Positions 38,373-47,540 of a stretch of DNA of 64,000 nt are shown piece after piece. Every line of letters starts with the position of its first letter. Position 1 is the first letter of the stretch. Origin of the DNA: Dehalococcoidales bacterium (GTDB taxonomy: Bacteria > Chloroflexota > Dehalococcoidia > Dehalococcoidales > UBA5760). The stretch is taken from contig JAQUQE010000002.1 in assembly GCA_028716225.1 (NCBI GenBank), positions 140,613 through 204,612 of the forward strand, read 5' to 3'. A program made the translations under genes and the position numbers. Below the pieces are notes generated by a model that saw only the letters and a list, made by a program, of their open reading frames with translations, was not told where the DNA came from and did not search any database.

Positions 38373-38888
38373 CTACCTCCTTTTCTCTTCAATATAGCTG
38401 GGAGCAGTCCTGGGCGTGGTGCCCCGTTTGACCTGGTGATAATACTCGTAGGTCATAGAAGCCTCATCGCTGATAACATCGGCATCGACGATATTGCCGA
38501 TAAAAATGGTATGACTGCCCACATCTACTTCTTGAATTACTTTAGCCTCCAGATAGGCAACGGCGTTTTCGATAACCAGAGGAGCACCGGTCTTACCTAT
38601 CCTGTAATCAACTCCCTCGAGCTTATCGGAATCCCGGCCCGACTTGAAGCCAAAGCGTCCCACGAAAGAGAGGGGAGTCTCCCGGCGCAGGACAGAGGCC
38701 GTAAAGACCCTGCTCTCCTGGATAAACTGGTGGGTCAGGTTACTCTTGTTGATGCTTACGGCAACCGTCGCCGGCTCGGAGGTTATCTGGAACACGGTGT
38801 TGGCGATTTGAGCGTTGAGCCGATTCCCCTGCTTCGAGGCAACGACATACATGCCATAACCTAATTTATGTAAAGCTTGAGCATTCAC
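38373..38888 (-). CDS. Flavin reductase-like domain protein (paralog of the Hrb N-terminal domain, unfused)
   Basis: Collinear with residues 1-170 of the 34055..34744 product (roughly two-thirds identical by eye). Ends ..SYIEEKRR-stop exactly where the paralog continues into its linker. Confidence 0.85.
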   Translation of the reverse strand: MNAQALHKLGYGMYVVASKQGNRLNAQIANTVFQITSEPATVAVSINKSNLTHQFIQESRVFTASVLRRETPLSFVGRFGFKSGRDSDKLEGVDYRIGKTGAPLVIENAVAYLEAKVIQEVDVGSHTIFIGNIVDADVISDEASMTYEYYHQVKRGTTPRTAPSYIEEKRR

Positions 38889-38903
38889 CTGCAGATACCT
38901 CTG

Positions 38904-40139
38904 TTACATTACCTCTTTTTCACTGGCCTCAACGGTACGATCAATCTCGGCACCCAGCGTGGGCGGTAACCCCTGGATATCCACCCTGAGAAAGCCGCGG
39001 ACGATGGTAGCGGTAGCCTCGGTACGAGTCAGTCCCCGCGCCATCAGATACTCAACTTCCTCCTCAGCAATCTTACCTACCGCCGCTTCGTGGGAGAGGT
39101 CAATACCGGCCAGATTACCCTTAAGCTCGGGTATGGCGTGAATCATACCGCCATTATTTAGAATGAGCCCCCGGCACTCGAGGTGCCCCTTTACCTCAGG
39201 AGCACCACCATCGATAAAGCCACGGGCAATAATGTCACCCCCGGTGGTGATGGCACGCGATATGATTTCTGTCTTAGCACCTTTAGCCTCCAGGAATACT
39301 CTGGAGCCGACGTCCAGCGACGATCCCTTGCCGGCGACCAGGATGCTGTTATACCTGACAGTAGCATTCTCACCGACACACCTGGCGGACGGATTCATCT
39401 GCAAAGAGTGAATCGGTTTCATCAGTACGTAGTTGCTCAAGAAAAGGCCGTCCTCCTCCACAATAATCCCGGTGCGGGGGCGGACTGCCACCGCCGGGTT
39501 CCAGCTGTGTATCATGGTAAAGGTAACCTTAGCCCCTCTTTTGATATAGAACTCGGATACCCCCATATGCAGCCCGGGGTCTTCCCTGGATGCGGTGGTG
39601 CAGCCGGTAATAATATCAAGCTCTGAGCCTTCCTCAGCGATAACAATGTTGTGCACATTCTGCGCCAGACGCGCCTTGGCCAGATAGAGACAGGCCTGTA
39701 CCGGAAAGACGGTCTTATGACCGGCTAGCGCCCTGATAAAATAACCGTCGCCACGGTTCAGCTCAACGTTGGCGGTGTACTTATCGGTATCCACGGCAAC
39801 CGCCCGCCACCAGTAATCGGACAGCCAGTCGTACTTCTTTAACGCCTGGCTGATAGGTATTACCTCGACACCATCTCCTCTGATTGAGCTGTGAACCGGG
39901 GTATTGTCCATCTGGATATAGGTCCCCGACCTCTGGCTGGTATCATCCAGAACAACCCCTGCCTCCAGCATATGCTCCCTGGCCTGAGCCGGAAGCTGTT
40001 CCGGGTCCGGCTGGTAAGGCTGTTCTTCGGCTGAGGTAAGGTAGGCGCTCAAATCGATATCTTCACCGAAGGCAGCCGGTTTAGCCGCCGCCGCTTTAGC
40101 CTTTTTCCGATATGACTCCGACGACTTTATCTCAGACAT
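38904..40139 (-). CDS. sufB: Fe-S cluster assembly scaffold, SufB/SufD family
   Basis: SufBD beta-helix region (..GAKVTFTMIHSW.., ..HEAAVGKIAEEEVEYLMARGL..). Overlaps sufC by 8 nt. Confidence 0.85.
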   Translation of the reverse strand: MSEIKSSESYRKKAKAAAAKPAAFGEDIDLSAYLTSAEEQPYQPDPEQLPAQAREHMLEAGVVLDDTSQRSGTYIQMDNTPVHSSIRGDGVEVIPISQALKKYDWLSDYWWRAVAVDTDKYTANVELNRGDGYFIRALAGHKTVFPVQACLYLAKARLAQNVHNIVIAEEGSELDIITGCTTASREDPGLHMGVSEFYIKRGAKVTFTMIHSWNPAVAVRPRTGIIVEEDGLFLSNYVLMKPIHSLQMNPSARCVGENATVRYNSILVAGKGSSLDVGSRVFLEAKGAKTEIISRAITTGGDIIARGFIDGGAPEVKGHLECRGLILNNGGMIHAIPELKGNLAGIDLSHEAAVGKIAEEEVEYLMARGLTRTEATATIVRGFLRVDIQGLPPTLGAEIDRTVEASEKEVM

Positions 40140-40884
40140 TCGGGTGCCTCCTCAACAGACAATTGACACATGACCCGTAGCCGCTTTCCTTGATGGTCTG
40201 CAGTATTTCATGAGGGTCACCCTGACAGCTGATTCTGCCGTCGCACATAACATAACCGGTGCGGGCGTTCACGTAATCCAGGATATGACCGGTATGAGTA
40301 ATGATAAGCCCCATACATTTTCGGTCCGGAATCGGGCAGTGTTTTTCCAGGAGTTCATTGATCAACTCGCCGATAAGAACAATGTTTTCCAGGTCAACGC
40401 CGGACTCCGGCTCATCAAGCAGAGCCAGCTTCGGCCTCTGCGCCAGGAGCTGCATCATCTCGGAGCGTTTTATCTCCCCCCCGGAGAACCCGTAGTTTAT
40501 TTCCCTATCCAGAAAGTCCTCCAGGTCAGTCCGTTTCGCCAGCTTGGCGACAGTCTCGGCATCTCCCCGCCCCTTGAGACAGGCGGTGACCATATCGCTC
40601 ATCTTTACCCCCCGCACCACCGGCGGGCGCTGGAAAGACATGCCGATACCTAAACGGGCACGCTCATCAAGCGATAACCCGGTTATATCCTTACCCTGAA
40701 AGGTAATACTGCCTCTTACTATCCGGTACTTGGGAAAACCCATCAGCGCCGCCAGCAGAGTAGTCTTGCCGCTGCCGTTAGGACCGAAGAGAACATGGGT
40801 CTCACCGGTACCTATCGTCATATTTATGTCGTGAAGGATTTCCTTCTTCCCCACCGCCACCGCCAGTTGCTTAATCTTCAGCAT
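40132..40884 (-). CDS. sufC: Fe-S cluster assembly ATPase
   Basis: Walker A GPNGSGKTTL, ABC signature FSGGEIKR, Walker B LALLDEPESG. Confidence 0.92.
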   Translation of the reverse strand: MLKIKQLAVAVGKKEILHDINMTIGTGETHVLFGPNGSGKTTLLAALMGFPKYRIVRGSITFQGKDITGLSLDERARLGIGMSFQRPPVVRGVKMSDMVTACLKGRGDAETVAKLAKRTDLEDFLDREINYGFSGGEIKRSEMMQLLAQRPKLALLDEPESGVDLENIVLIGELINELLEKHCPIPDRKCMGLIITHTGHILDYVNARTGYVMCDGRISCQGDPHEILQTIKESGYGSCVNCLLRRHPNV

Positions 40885-40917
40885 ATATCTATCACCCCGC
40901 TAATGACTGTTCAATTT

Positions 40918-41448
40918 TCAACCGCCGTCCAGAGAGGGGTGCTCTTTACGAACAAACCAGCCCGCCGGATCGCTGAGGTATTCATAGTAGTCAAGCAGAA
41001 CCAGGTAGTGCGCTCGTTCTTCGGCAACCAGCGCCTGATAGAAATTCCGCTCGGCATCATGGGTAGCAGCCTGACCCTGCACTTTGTAATAGTCACCGGT
41101 CTTGTTTTCCATTGCCATGGCCGTCTTTACCGCATCAATTTCTGTGGTGGCAGCATCAACCTCGGTTCCCGTTTTCTCTATTGCGTCGGCAAATACCGTT
41201 CTCAGCCGCTTGCCCTCGTCCGGCTTAAAATCGGTGCCGGGCCAACCCTGCTTGACCCGTATGGAGTCATATATCTTCTCAAAATTCTGCCGGTGAACAT
41301 CCTCCTCGGCAGCCAGCGATTCCAACAGCTTCCTACCCAACTCATTACCGCTCTCCCGGCTGGCTTTGAGATAGAACTGCTTGCCGTCTATCTCCATTTT
41401 GATGGCAACCTGTAACACCTGTAACGTCCTGTCCTGATCGATTCCCAT
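40918..41448 (-). CDS. Ferritin-like diiron protein (rubrerythrin family, no rubredoxin domain)
   Basis: Two ExxH motifs (EEDVH, EERAH) in a four-helix-bundle-length protein. Confidence 0.75.
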   Translation of the reverse strand: MGIDQDRTLQVLQVAIKMEIDGKQFYLKASRESGNELGRKLLESLAAEEDVHRQNFEKIYDSIRVKQGWPGTDFKPDEGKRLRTVFADAIEKTGTEVDAATTEIDAVKTAMAMENKTGDYYKVQGQAATHDAERNFYQALVAEERAHYLVLLDYYEYLSDPAGWFVRKEHPSLDGG

Positions 41449-41608
41449 AACTCCTCCTTTTTCTCTTTAGCCCGGGTTTTCTCCAAACAACTCTCACATA
41501 AGACGAACTAAACCACACCCGGAAATGAATATATAACCTATAATACCCTGTTTGTCAACATCGATGACATATTGATCGGCGAGTCAGACCCGTTTATATC
41601 TCCTACCA

Positions 41609-42079
41609 TCACACGTCCCTGACCTTGCTCAACGCCTCCTTCACTTTGCCAAGGTGAGTCTTGGTGGCATCAGCCAGATCAAGCAAGACTTTCTTAAACT
41701 CTACCGTATCCCCTTCAAATACTTCAAAGTACTTTTGCTCTATGATAGATTGCTCTATATACAAAGCTGTGGATAAAGCACCTATCAGGGATATCCCAGA
41801 CTTATTCACCTTATCAAGCTCACGTTCCAGATAGTCCGAGAATGTTTTTATCGCGGAAGTATTAAACCTTCTTTCGTCAATAAGAACGCTCCCTTCCTCT
41901 ATCTTTAAAGATAACTTACCCAACCAGGAGGCATGCTCAACCTCTTCTCCGGCAAGTGCCGTCCAAAAAGTACGATGGTCGGGAAAATGCTTTGCATAAG
42001 CTCGGTAAAGCTTACCGATACCGATTTCGTTATCCATCAGCAACTCGACAATATACATCCGGTTTTTCTCGGCACCCAT
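41609..42079 (-). CDS. Ferritin-like / rubrerythrin-family domain protein
   Basis: EEVEH motif and helical repeat pattern. Start moved to ATG 42079, which is preceded by GGAGGGGG; the track ORF's 49-aa extension looks non-coding. Confidence 0.6.
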   Translation of the reverse strand: MGAEKNRMYIVELLMDNEIGIGKLYRAYAKHFPDHRTFWTALAGEEVEHASWLGKLSLKIEEGSVLIDERRFNTSAIKTFSDYLERELDKVNKSGISLIGALSTALYIEQSIIEQKYFEVFEGDTVEFKKVLLDLADATKTHLGKVKEALSKVRDV

Positions 42080-42212
42080 AGTGCACACCCCCTCCAATTG
42101 AATGTATCTATTAGAACACATATTGGTTTTGTATGCTATTGTAAAACCTGGCCCCTTCTTTACGACACACCCCACGAACATAAAGCAACGTCTTGAAGCT
42201 CTCGCGTAAGTG

Positions 42213-42242
42213 CGAAGGCCCGGCAATCTAGCCGGGCCTTCG
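42213..42242 (-). terminator. Perfect 12-bp GC-rich hairpin downstream of hsp20 (terminator-like, no U-tract)
   Basis: CGAAGGCCCGGC (42213-42224), loop AATCTA, GCCGGGCCTTCG (42231-42242). Located 33 nt after the hsp20 stop. Confidence 0.5.
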
Positions 42243-42274
42243 CTGGATGGAAATCGAGCGGCGGACGATATCCG

Positions 42275-42751
42275 TTATTTCTTGCTACTACCCTCGATGG
42301 CTTTGGTACTGCCACCTACCTTGATCTGAATCTGTTTCTTCTTCTTTTCCTCAGCCTTAGGCATTCTTATGATCAGAACACCATTCTCATATTCGGACTC
42401 GATCTTATTGGTGTCTACCGTCTGGGGTAATCGAAGCGCCCGGTAGAATGAGCCTGTCGGCCTCTCCTGTATCAGATATCTTGATTGCTCGCCTTCCGAA
42501 TCTGCTTTCCTCTCCGCCCTTAATGTCAGCAGATTATCTTCTACAGCAACATCAATTTCGTCCGGCTTGATACCCGGTATCGAAGCCTTTACGACTAGCT
42601 CGTCACCCTTTTGAATGACATCAATCAGAATATTCCAGTCTTCCACGCCCTCGCGGTAAGACGGCACACCTCCTAAACCGCGCCAAAGCCGATTCACCGT
42701 ATCCTCCATCTGAGTTAAATCTCTAAACGGGTCCCATCTCTGTACTAACAT
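42275..42751 (-). CDS. Hsp20/alpha-crystallin family small heat shock protein
   Basis: Alpha-crystallin domain (..DELVVKASIPGIKPDEIDVAVEDNLLTLRAER.., ..ENGVLIIRMPK). Confidence 0.92.
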   Translation of the reverse strand: MLVQRWDPFRDLTQMEDTVNRLWRGLGGVPSYREGVEDWNILIDVIQKGDELVVKASIPGIKPDEIDVAVEDNLLTLRAERKADSEGEQSRYLIQERPTGSFYRALRLPQTVDTNKIESEYENGVLIIRMPKAEEKKKKQIQIKVGGSTKAIEGSSKK

Positions 42752-42800
42752 TATTTATTCCTCCTTCCACTAATATGATCAATTATGTGCATTACCCGAT

Positions 42801-42819
42801 TTGACCCACCTAATGTCAA
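42801..42819. promoter_or_regulatory. Inverted repeat TTGAC-N9-GTCAA overlapping the predicted hsp20 -35 box (candidate MerR/HspR-type operator)
   Basis: Read directly. On the minus strand TTGACA (42814-42819) is followed after 17 or 19 nt by GGTAAT or TAATGC. Long spacers are typical of MerR-controlled promoters. Confidence 0.4.
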
Positions 42820-42871
42820 ACTTAGCTACTATTCATCATCCTTAATCACCTCCTCGGAGATCTCCATCTCA

Positions 42872-43162
42872 TCAGACATCCTCACCCCTTCTCAGCGCCA
42901 GGACTGCCTTTATTCCTTCCAGGTTTATGCCCTTTACACTGAGTCGAAATACCTCTCTTATGATAAATACCTCTTCATCCGAAAAAAGCCGCTGGCCTGC
43001 CTCCGTCCTCTTCGGCTCAATTATTCCCGCCTCCTCGTATCTCCTTATGCGATGTGCTTCGACTCCGGTAAGAGTAACCACCACAGCCATGGTATACTTC
43101 GCCCACATATTATCTCCATCTCCTGTTCCGCGGACTATCTTGAATATCTTCTTCTCCGGCAT
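42872..43162 (-). CDS. MerR family transcriptional regulator (heat-shock HspR-like by context)
   Basis: YTMAVVVTLTGVEAHRIRRYEEAGII is a MerR-type HTH. The true start may be the internal ATG at 43108 (GGAG 5 nt upstream). Confidence 0.8.
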   Translation of the reverse strand: MPEKKIFKIVRGTGDGDNMWAKYTMAVVVTLTGVEAHRIRRYEEAGIIEPKRTEAGQRLFSDEEVFIIREVFRLSVKGINLEGIKAVLALRRGEDV

Positions 43163-43189
43163 TCTCCCCCACCAATTATCTGATACATA

Positions 43190-43218
43190 ATGTTAGCATA
43201 CTTCACAAATTTTGTCAA
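43190..43218 (-). promoter_or_regulatory. Predicted promoter (TTGACA, 17-nt spacer, TAACAT) of the merR-like/hsp20 unit
   Basis: On the minus strand, -35 is at 43213-43218 and -10 at 43190-43195. Confidence 0.4.
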
Positions 43219-43468
43219 TCTTTCTAACAACAATAGCCATGTCAGGCATATATTACTTGCGGGGAGCCACCGTTTAGGAGAGAGGTTGATAAAAAACCAG
43301 GGCTGTCCTGAGACAGGCTGAATCGGGCGCACACATTACCCTAATCACTATGATGGCTAGCGCACACTCTGCAAGCGGAAAGGAAGCTTGCCGGAATTGA
43401 AATTACCGAGGTGAATAGGATCAAAGGCCTCAAATAGATAAAAGGGATAGATACGAGAGTAATAAAGA

Positions 43469-43494
43469 AGGGCTGGGATTATAGCTTCCCAGCC
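43469..43494 (-). terminator. Terminator hairpin downstream of ssrA
   Basis: GGGCTGGGA (43469-43477) / TCCCAGCCC (43486-43494). On the minus strand it is followed by a T-rich tract (TTCTTTATT). Confidence 0.55.
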
Positions 43495-43567
43495 CCTACG
43501 GCATGGTTAAGGCTGAAAATTGCAGGTGTTGTACATTGAGGCAATCTTAGACGAAATAAGGTTGGTA

Positions 43568-43923
43568 TGGTGGAGACGGGGGAGAGTTGAACTCCCCGTC
43601 CAAAAGAAGCTACCCAGGATATACTACAAGCTTTTTCAGCTCTTTAATCTCACCCGACCAACCTCTGCTGACCGAGTTCAGTCGAGCCAGTCGATAAATC
43701 TTTCACCACCCTTTATCGACATCGGAGCGGCGGCACCTCAACATTTCGGCACCCAATCCCAACCCATTGAGGCGAGGTCAGGCTGGGCGTGCAACCTATT
43801 TAGCTAGGCTGCAAGAGCGAATTCAGGTTCGCCAATTATCTTTTGCCACCTGTTTTATGAGGTTGGCGGCACCTCAGCTTGCAATCCTGCAGCATACTTC
43901 CCCTGTCGAACCCACGCGTCCCC
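43568..43923 (-). ncRNA. ssrA: tmRNA (SsrA), tag peptide GEPEFALAA
   Basis: 5' GGGGACGCGTGGGTTCGACAGGG.. and 3' ..GGACGGGGAGTTCAACTCTCCCCCGTCTCCACCA (T-arm, acceptor, CCA). The acceptor stem has a G3:U pair. Tag reading frame GGC GAA CCT GAA TTC GCT CTT GCA GCC TAG lies at 43804-43833. Directly downstream of smpB. Confidence 0.93.
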
Positions 43924-43956
43924 ACTTATCGGGGAAACCTGAACACCTCCTTAACC

Positions 43957-44409
43957 TTAGCGGTGTCTCTTGATAGCACGCCCGATTTCCCTATCCGTCT
44001 GGCGGCGGGCGATCGCCTCCCGCTTATCGTACATCTTCTTGCCCTTCGCCAGGGCTATCTCAAGCTTGGCGAGGCTATCCTTAATATACAGCTTGAGCGG
44101 GACTAAGGTCAGCCCCTTCTCCTGTATGTTACCGGCTAAACTATCAATCTGCTTACGGTGCAGAAGAAGCTTACGGGGCCGGGTCGGCTCATGACTCATA
44201 TAGCTGCCCGCTTCATAACGGGCGATATGGGCATTCAACAGCCACAACTCCCCACCCTCGGGTTTAACATAGGCATCGCCAAGACTCACCCTGCCGGCCC
44301 TGATTGACTTTATTTCAGTACCGGTAAGTACAATGCCAGCCTCAACACTCTCCCCGATATGATAGTTATGATATGCCTTACGGTTGGTAACTACCGTCTT
44401 TATTGCCAC
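43957..44409 (-). CDS. smpB: SsrA-binding protein
   Basis: ..NRKAYHNY.., ..GTEIKSIRAG.., C-terminal basic tail. 33 nt upstream of ssrA. Confidence 0.95.
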   Translation of the reverse strand: MAIKTVVTNRKAYHNYHIGESVEAGIVLTGTEIKSIRAGRVSLGDAYVKPEGGELWLLNAHIARYEAGSYMSHEPTRPRKLLLHRKQIDSLAGNIQEKGLTLVPLKLYIKDSLAKLEIALAKGKKMYDKREAIARRQTDREIGRAIKRHR

Positions 44410-44431
44410 TACTTTTCAATTATACCATACC

Positions 44432-45979
44432 TTATTGATTGACCAGTATCAGGTGATGTTGCCAATCGGGCGAGCTCTTGGGAAAATCGGAGCGGAAATG
44501 AGCACCCCTGCTCTCCTTCCTGAGCAGAGCAGCCTCGGCAACCAGACGGCCGGTCATCGCCAGGTTGTTCAGCTCATAGGAGGGCCGGTCAGTGGGCTCG
44601 GGCAGGCACTTCTGCCAGGCAGCCAGGATATCCAGCGCCTCGTTAAGGCTCGCTTTATCACGGATAATGCCAACCTTGTCCCAGTGCAGCTCCTGCAATG
44701 CGGATAGATTGGGCGGCGGTACATCCTTAAGCACCTGACGTTTACTCAATGAGTGTCGCACTGCGGTATCTTTTTCTGTTTTGGCTATCTCAGGTACGGT
44801 ATCCCTGGTCGTCCTCTCGACAACCCGCTGGCTGAAGACTACCGCCTCCAGGAGAGAGTTTGAAGCCAGGCGGTTGGCACCGTGCACCCCGGTACAGGAG
44901 GCTTCTCCGATGACAAATAGACCGATGATATTGGTTTCCCCCCAGGTATTGGTCTTCACACCGCCCATCAGGTAATGGGCGGCCGGCGCCACCGGTATCA
45001 GACCACGGGTGATATCCAGACCACGCACCAGACAAAACCGATAGATATTGGGAAACCGGGTAGTTATTAAATTGGGAGGCAGATGGGTGACATCGACGAA
45101 GACCCTGTCCGAGGCCGTCTTCCTCATCTCGTAGAGAATACTGCGGGTAACCACATCCCGCGGTGCCAGATCAGCCTCCGGGGTATAGTCGGGCATAAAG
45201 CGATAGCCATCGACATTGCGCAGCACGCCTCCCTCGCCACGGACTGATTCCGAGATAAGAAACGGAGTTACTCCCGGCATACGAAGGGCAGTGGGATGAA
45301 ACTGGAAGAACTCCATATCCGCTATTTCGGCACCGGCCTTGAAGGCCAGCGCGACGCCGTCACCGGTGGCGATATCAGAGTTGGTACTTAACTTGTAGAG
45401 ATGCCCGGCGCCGCCGGTAGCCAGAACGAGAAAGCGACAGCCGAACTCCTCAAAGGAGCCGGTACGACAGTCAAGAGCCCGTACCCCATTGACCACCCCA
45501 TTCTCGACCAGAATCTCGGTGACCAGACAGTCCTCAAGCACCTGTATCTGAGATGCGCGCACCCGACGGCTCAGGGTAACCTCGATATGCTCGCCGGTGG
45601 CATCACCTCCCGCGTGGAGGATACGGGGAACGCTATGCGCCGCTTCCCTGGTCAACGCAATCTCACCATTGGCAGTATCAAAAGGCACCTCGAGATTAAC
45701 CAGGTCGGCAATACGTGCCGGGGCCTCGCTGACTAGAATACGCACCGCTTCGGCATCACACAAACCATCCCCGGCGGCCAGAGTATCCCGTAAATGAAGC
45801 TCCTTGGAATCATCCTTGCCAATGGCAGCGGCGATACCACCCTGAGCATGCCTGGTGTTACAATCCTCGACACTACCCTTGGTGATAACCAGCACACTAC
45901 CCTGCTCTTTTGCCATCAGGGCGGTGTAAAGCCCGGCAATGCCGGTGCCGACGATAATATAGTCATACGTGTCCATCAA
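44432..45979 (-). CDS. nadB: L-aspartate oxidase
   Basis: FAD dinucleotide fold IVGTGIAGL, ..RHAQGGIAA.., and the fumarate reductase/succinate dehydrogenase flavoprotein-like fold without a membrane partner. Confidence 0.92.
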   Translation of the reverse strand: MMDTYDYIIVGTGIAGLYTALMAKEQGSVLVITKGSVEDCNTRHAQGGIAAAIGKDDSKELHLRDTLAAGDGLCDAEAVRILVSEAPARIADLVNLEVPFDTANGEIALTREAAHSVPRILHAGGDATGEHIEVTLSRRVRASQIQVLEDCLVTEILVENGVVNGVRALDCRTGSFEEFGCRFLVLATGGAGHLYKLSTNSDIATGDGVALAFKAGAEIADMEFFQFHPTALRMPGVTPFLISESVRGEGGVLRNVDGYRFMPDYTPEADLAPRDVVTRSILYEMRKTASDRVFVDVTHLPPNLITTRFPNIYRFCLVRGLDITRGLIPVAPAAHYLMGGVKTNTWGETNIIGLFVIGEASCTGVHGANRLASNSLLEAVVFSQRVVERTTRDTVPEIAKTEKDTAVRHSLSKRQVLKDVPPPNLSALQELHWDKVGIIRDKASLNEALDILAAWQKCLPEPTDRPSYELNNLAMTGRLVAEAALLRKESRGAHFRSDFPKSSPDWQHHLILVNQ

Positions 45980-46016
45980 ACTACTCCTACAGCCCCAACC
46001 GGCTGCCCGGGTTAAT

Positions 46017-46574
46017 TTACTCCTGGTCTACCCTGTACCTGGCCTTTCCCTCCTGGTAGAGATCACCGCCGTAGATGTCATTGATTACCCTGACCGGGAA
46101 ATCTGCTACCTCCAGTCGGCGGACTGCCTCTGCTCCCAGTTCTTCGTAGGCAATTACCTCTGACTTACTAATATTGCGCGAGGCGAGGGCACCGGCACCG
46201 CCCACTACGGCGAAGTAAACCGCCTTATACTGCTTGATGGCATCCTTCACTTCCCGTGAGCGCATACCCTTGCCGATCATTCCCTTAAGACCCTCAGCGA
46301 GCAACCGGGGCGAGTAGCTGTCCATACGACCGCTGGTGGTAGGACCAGCCGAGCCGATTACCTGACCCCGCCTGGCCGGAGAAGGACCCATATAGTATAT
46401 CGTCTGTCCTCTGATATCGAAGGGCAGGGGCTCTCCCGACTCCAGCGCCTCAATCATCCTTTTATGAGCGGCGTCCCGGGCAACGTAGACCACACCGCTC
46501 AGTAAGACGTCATCCCCGGTCTTAAGATCCTTAATGGCTTCGTCAGTCAGCGGAAGCATAATCTTCTTCACCAT
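46017..46574 (-). CDS. Class I (Fe-S) fumarate hydratase, beta subunit (tartrate/fumarate hydro-lyase family)
   Basis: ..GPTTSGRMD.. and length ~185 aa. Follows the alpha subunit. Confidence 0.88.
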   Translation of the reverse strand: MVKKIMLPLTDEAIKDLKTGDDVLLSGVVYVARDAAHKRMIEALESGEPLPFDIRGQTIYYMGPSPARRGQVIGSAGPTTSGRMDSYSPRLLAEGLKGMIGKGMRSREVKDAIKQYKAVYFAVVGGAGALASRNISKSEVIAYEELGAEAVRRLEVADFPVRVINDIYGGDLYQEGKARYRVDQE

Positions 46575-46586
46575 CGTAACCTCCTG

Positions 46587-47432
46587 CTAAAGAAGAGCCT
46601 CCCTATGACGACAGCTATGACACTCCAGGTTAACCGCCACCGGCAGGCTGGCCATGTGAGTCGGGAAGACCTCGATATGAACTGCCAGAGCGGTAATACG
46701 ACCGCCATAGCCCATGGGACCAATACCCAGTTTATTCACCCGCCCGAGAATTTCGCGTTCCAGTTCAGCGGTCTCGGTATCGGGATTGGGCTCACCAACC
46801 TTACGCAGCAAAGCCCGCTTCGCCAGCATCATCGCCTTTTCTACAGTACCTCCGATACCGACGCCGACGATAATCGGAGGACAGGGATTGCTGCCCGCTT
46901 CATCAACAGCCTTGACCACAAAGTCAATCACTCCCCGGCGACCCTGCGCCAGGGATAACATAGCCAGAGACGACATGTTCTCAGCACCGCCGCCCTTGGG
47001 CTTGGCAATAATCCTCAATCTATCACCGGGGACAATATCGGTATGGATAATAGCAGGGGTATTATCCTTGGTATTAACCCTGGCGGAAAAAGGCCGGCTC
47101 ACCATCGATTTACGCAGATAGCCCTGGGTATAGCCATGCCGCACTCCCTCATTGATTGCCGAGTAAAGGTCGCCACCGACTATGTGGACATCCTGCCCCA
47201 GCTCCAGGAAAACCACGGCGTCTCCAGTATCCTGGCAGAGAGGAATCTGCTCCTTAGCCGAGATATCGGCATTCCTCAATATAATATCCAGCACTTCACA
47301 TCCGATCGGCGATTCTTCGATCTGTCGCGCCCGCTCGAGGGCATTAAGCACGTCATCAGGTAGGATATAACAAGCCTCCTGAAAGAGCCGCGATACCGTA
47401 CTGGTTATTTCCCTGGCATCAATCTCTCTCAC
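46587..47432 (-). CDS. Class I (Fe-S) fumarate hydratase, alpha subunit
   Basis: ..PLCQDTG.., ..CPPIIVGVGIGGT.. Fe-S hydro-lyase alpha signatures. Confidence 0.88.
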   Translation of the reverse strand: MREIDAREITSTVSRLFQEACYILPDDVLNALERARQIEESPIGCEVLDIILRNADISAKEQIPLCQDTGDAVVFLELGQDVHIVGGDLYSAINEGVRHGYTQGYLRKSMVSRPFSARVNTKDNTPAIIHTDIVPGDRLRIIAKPKGGGAENMSSLAMLSLAQGRRGVIDFVVKAVDEAGSNPCPPIIVGVGIGGTVEKAMMLAKRALLRKVGEPNPDTETAELEREILGRVNKLGIGPMGYGGRITALAVHIEVFPTHMASLPVAVNLECHSCRHREALL

Positions 47433-47540
47433 CTACCTCTTGCCCCTGCCTCCTTTACCAGAAAAGGTTCACATTAACTACATAAGACTGTAAATCAAGA
47501 ACAAGCCGACCGGTTATCCGGTACGGATGCCAACCCCCAC

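Noticed and set aside
43520-43973. Track ORFs 43520..43807 and 43767..43973 (plus strand)
   Set aside because: They overlap the tmRNA gene (43568..43923, minus strand), which explains the region completely.
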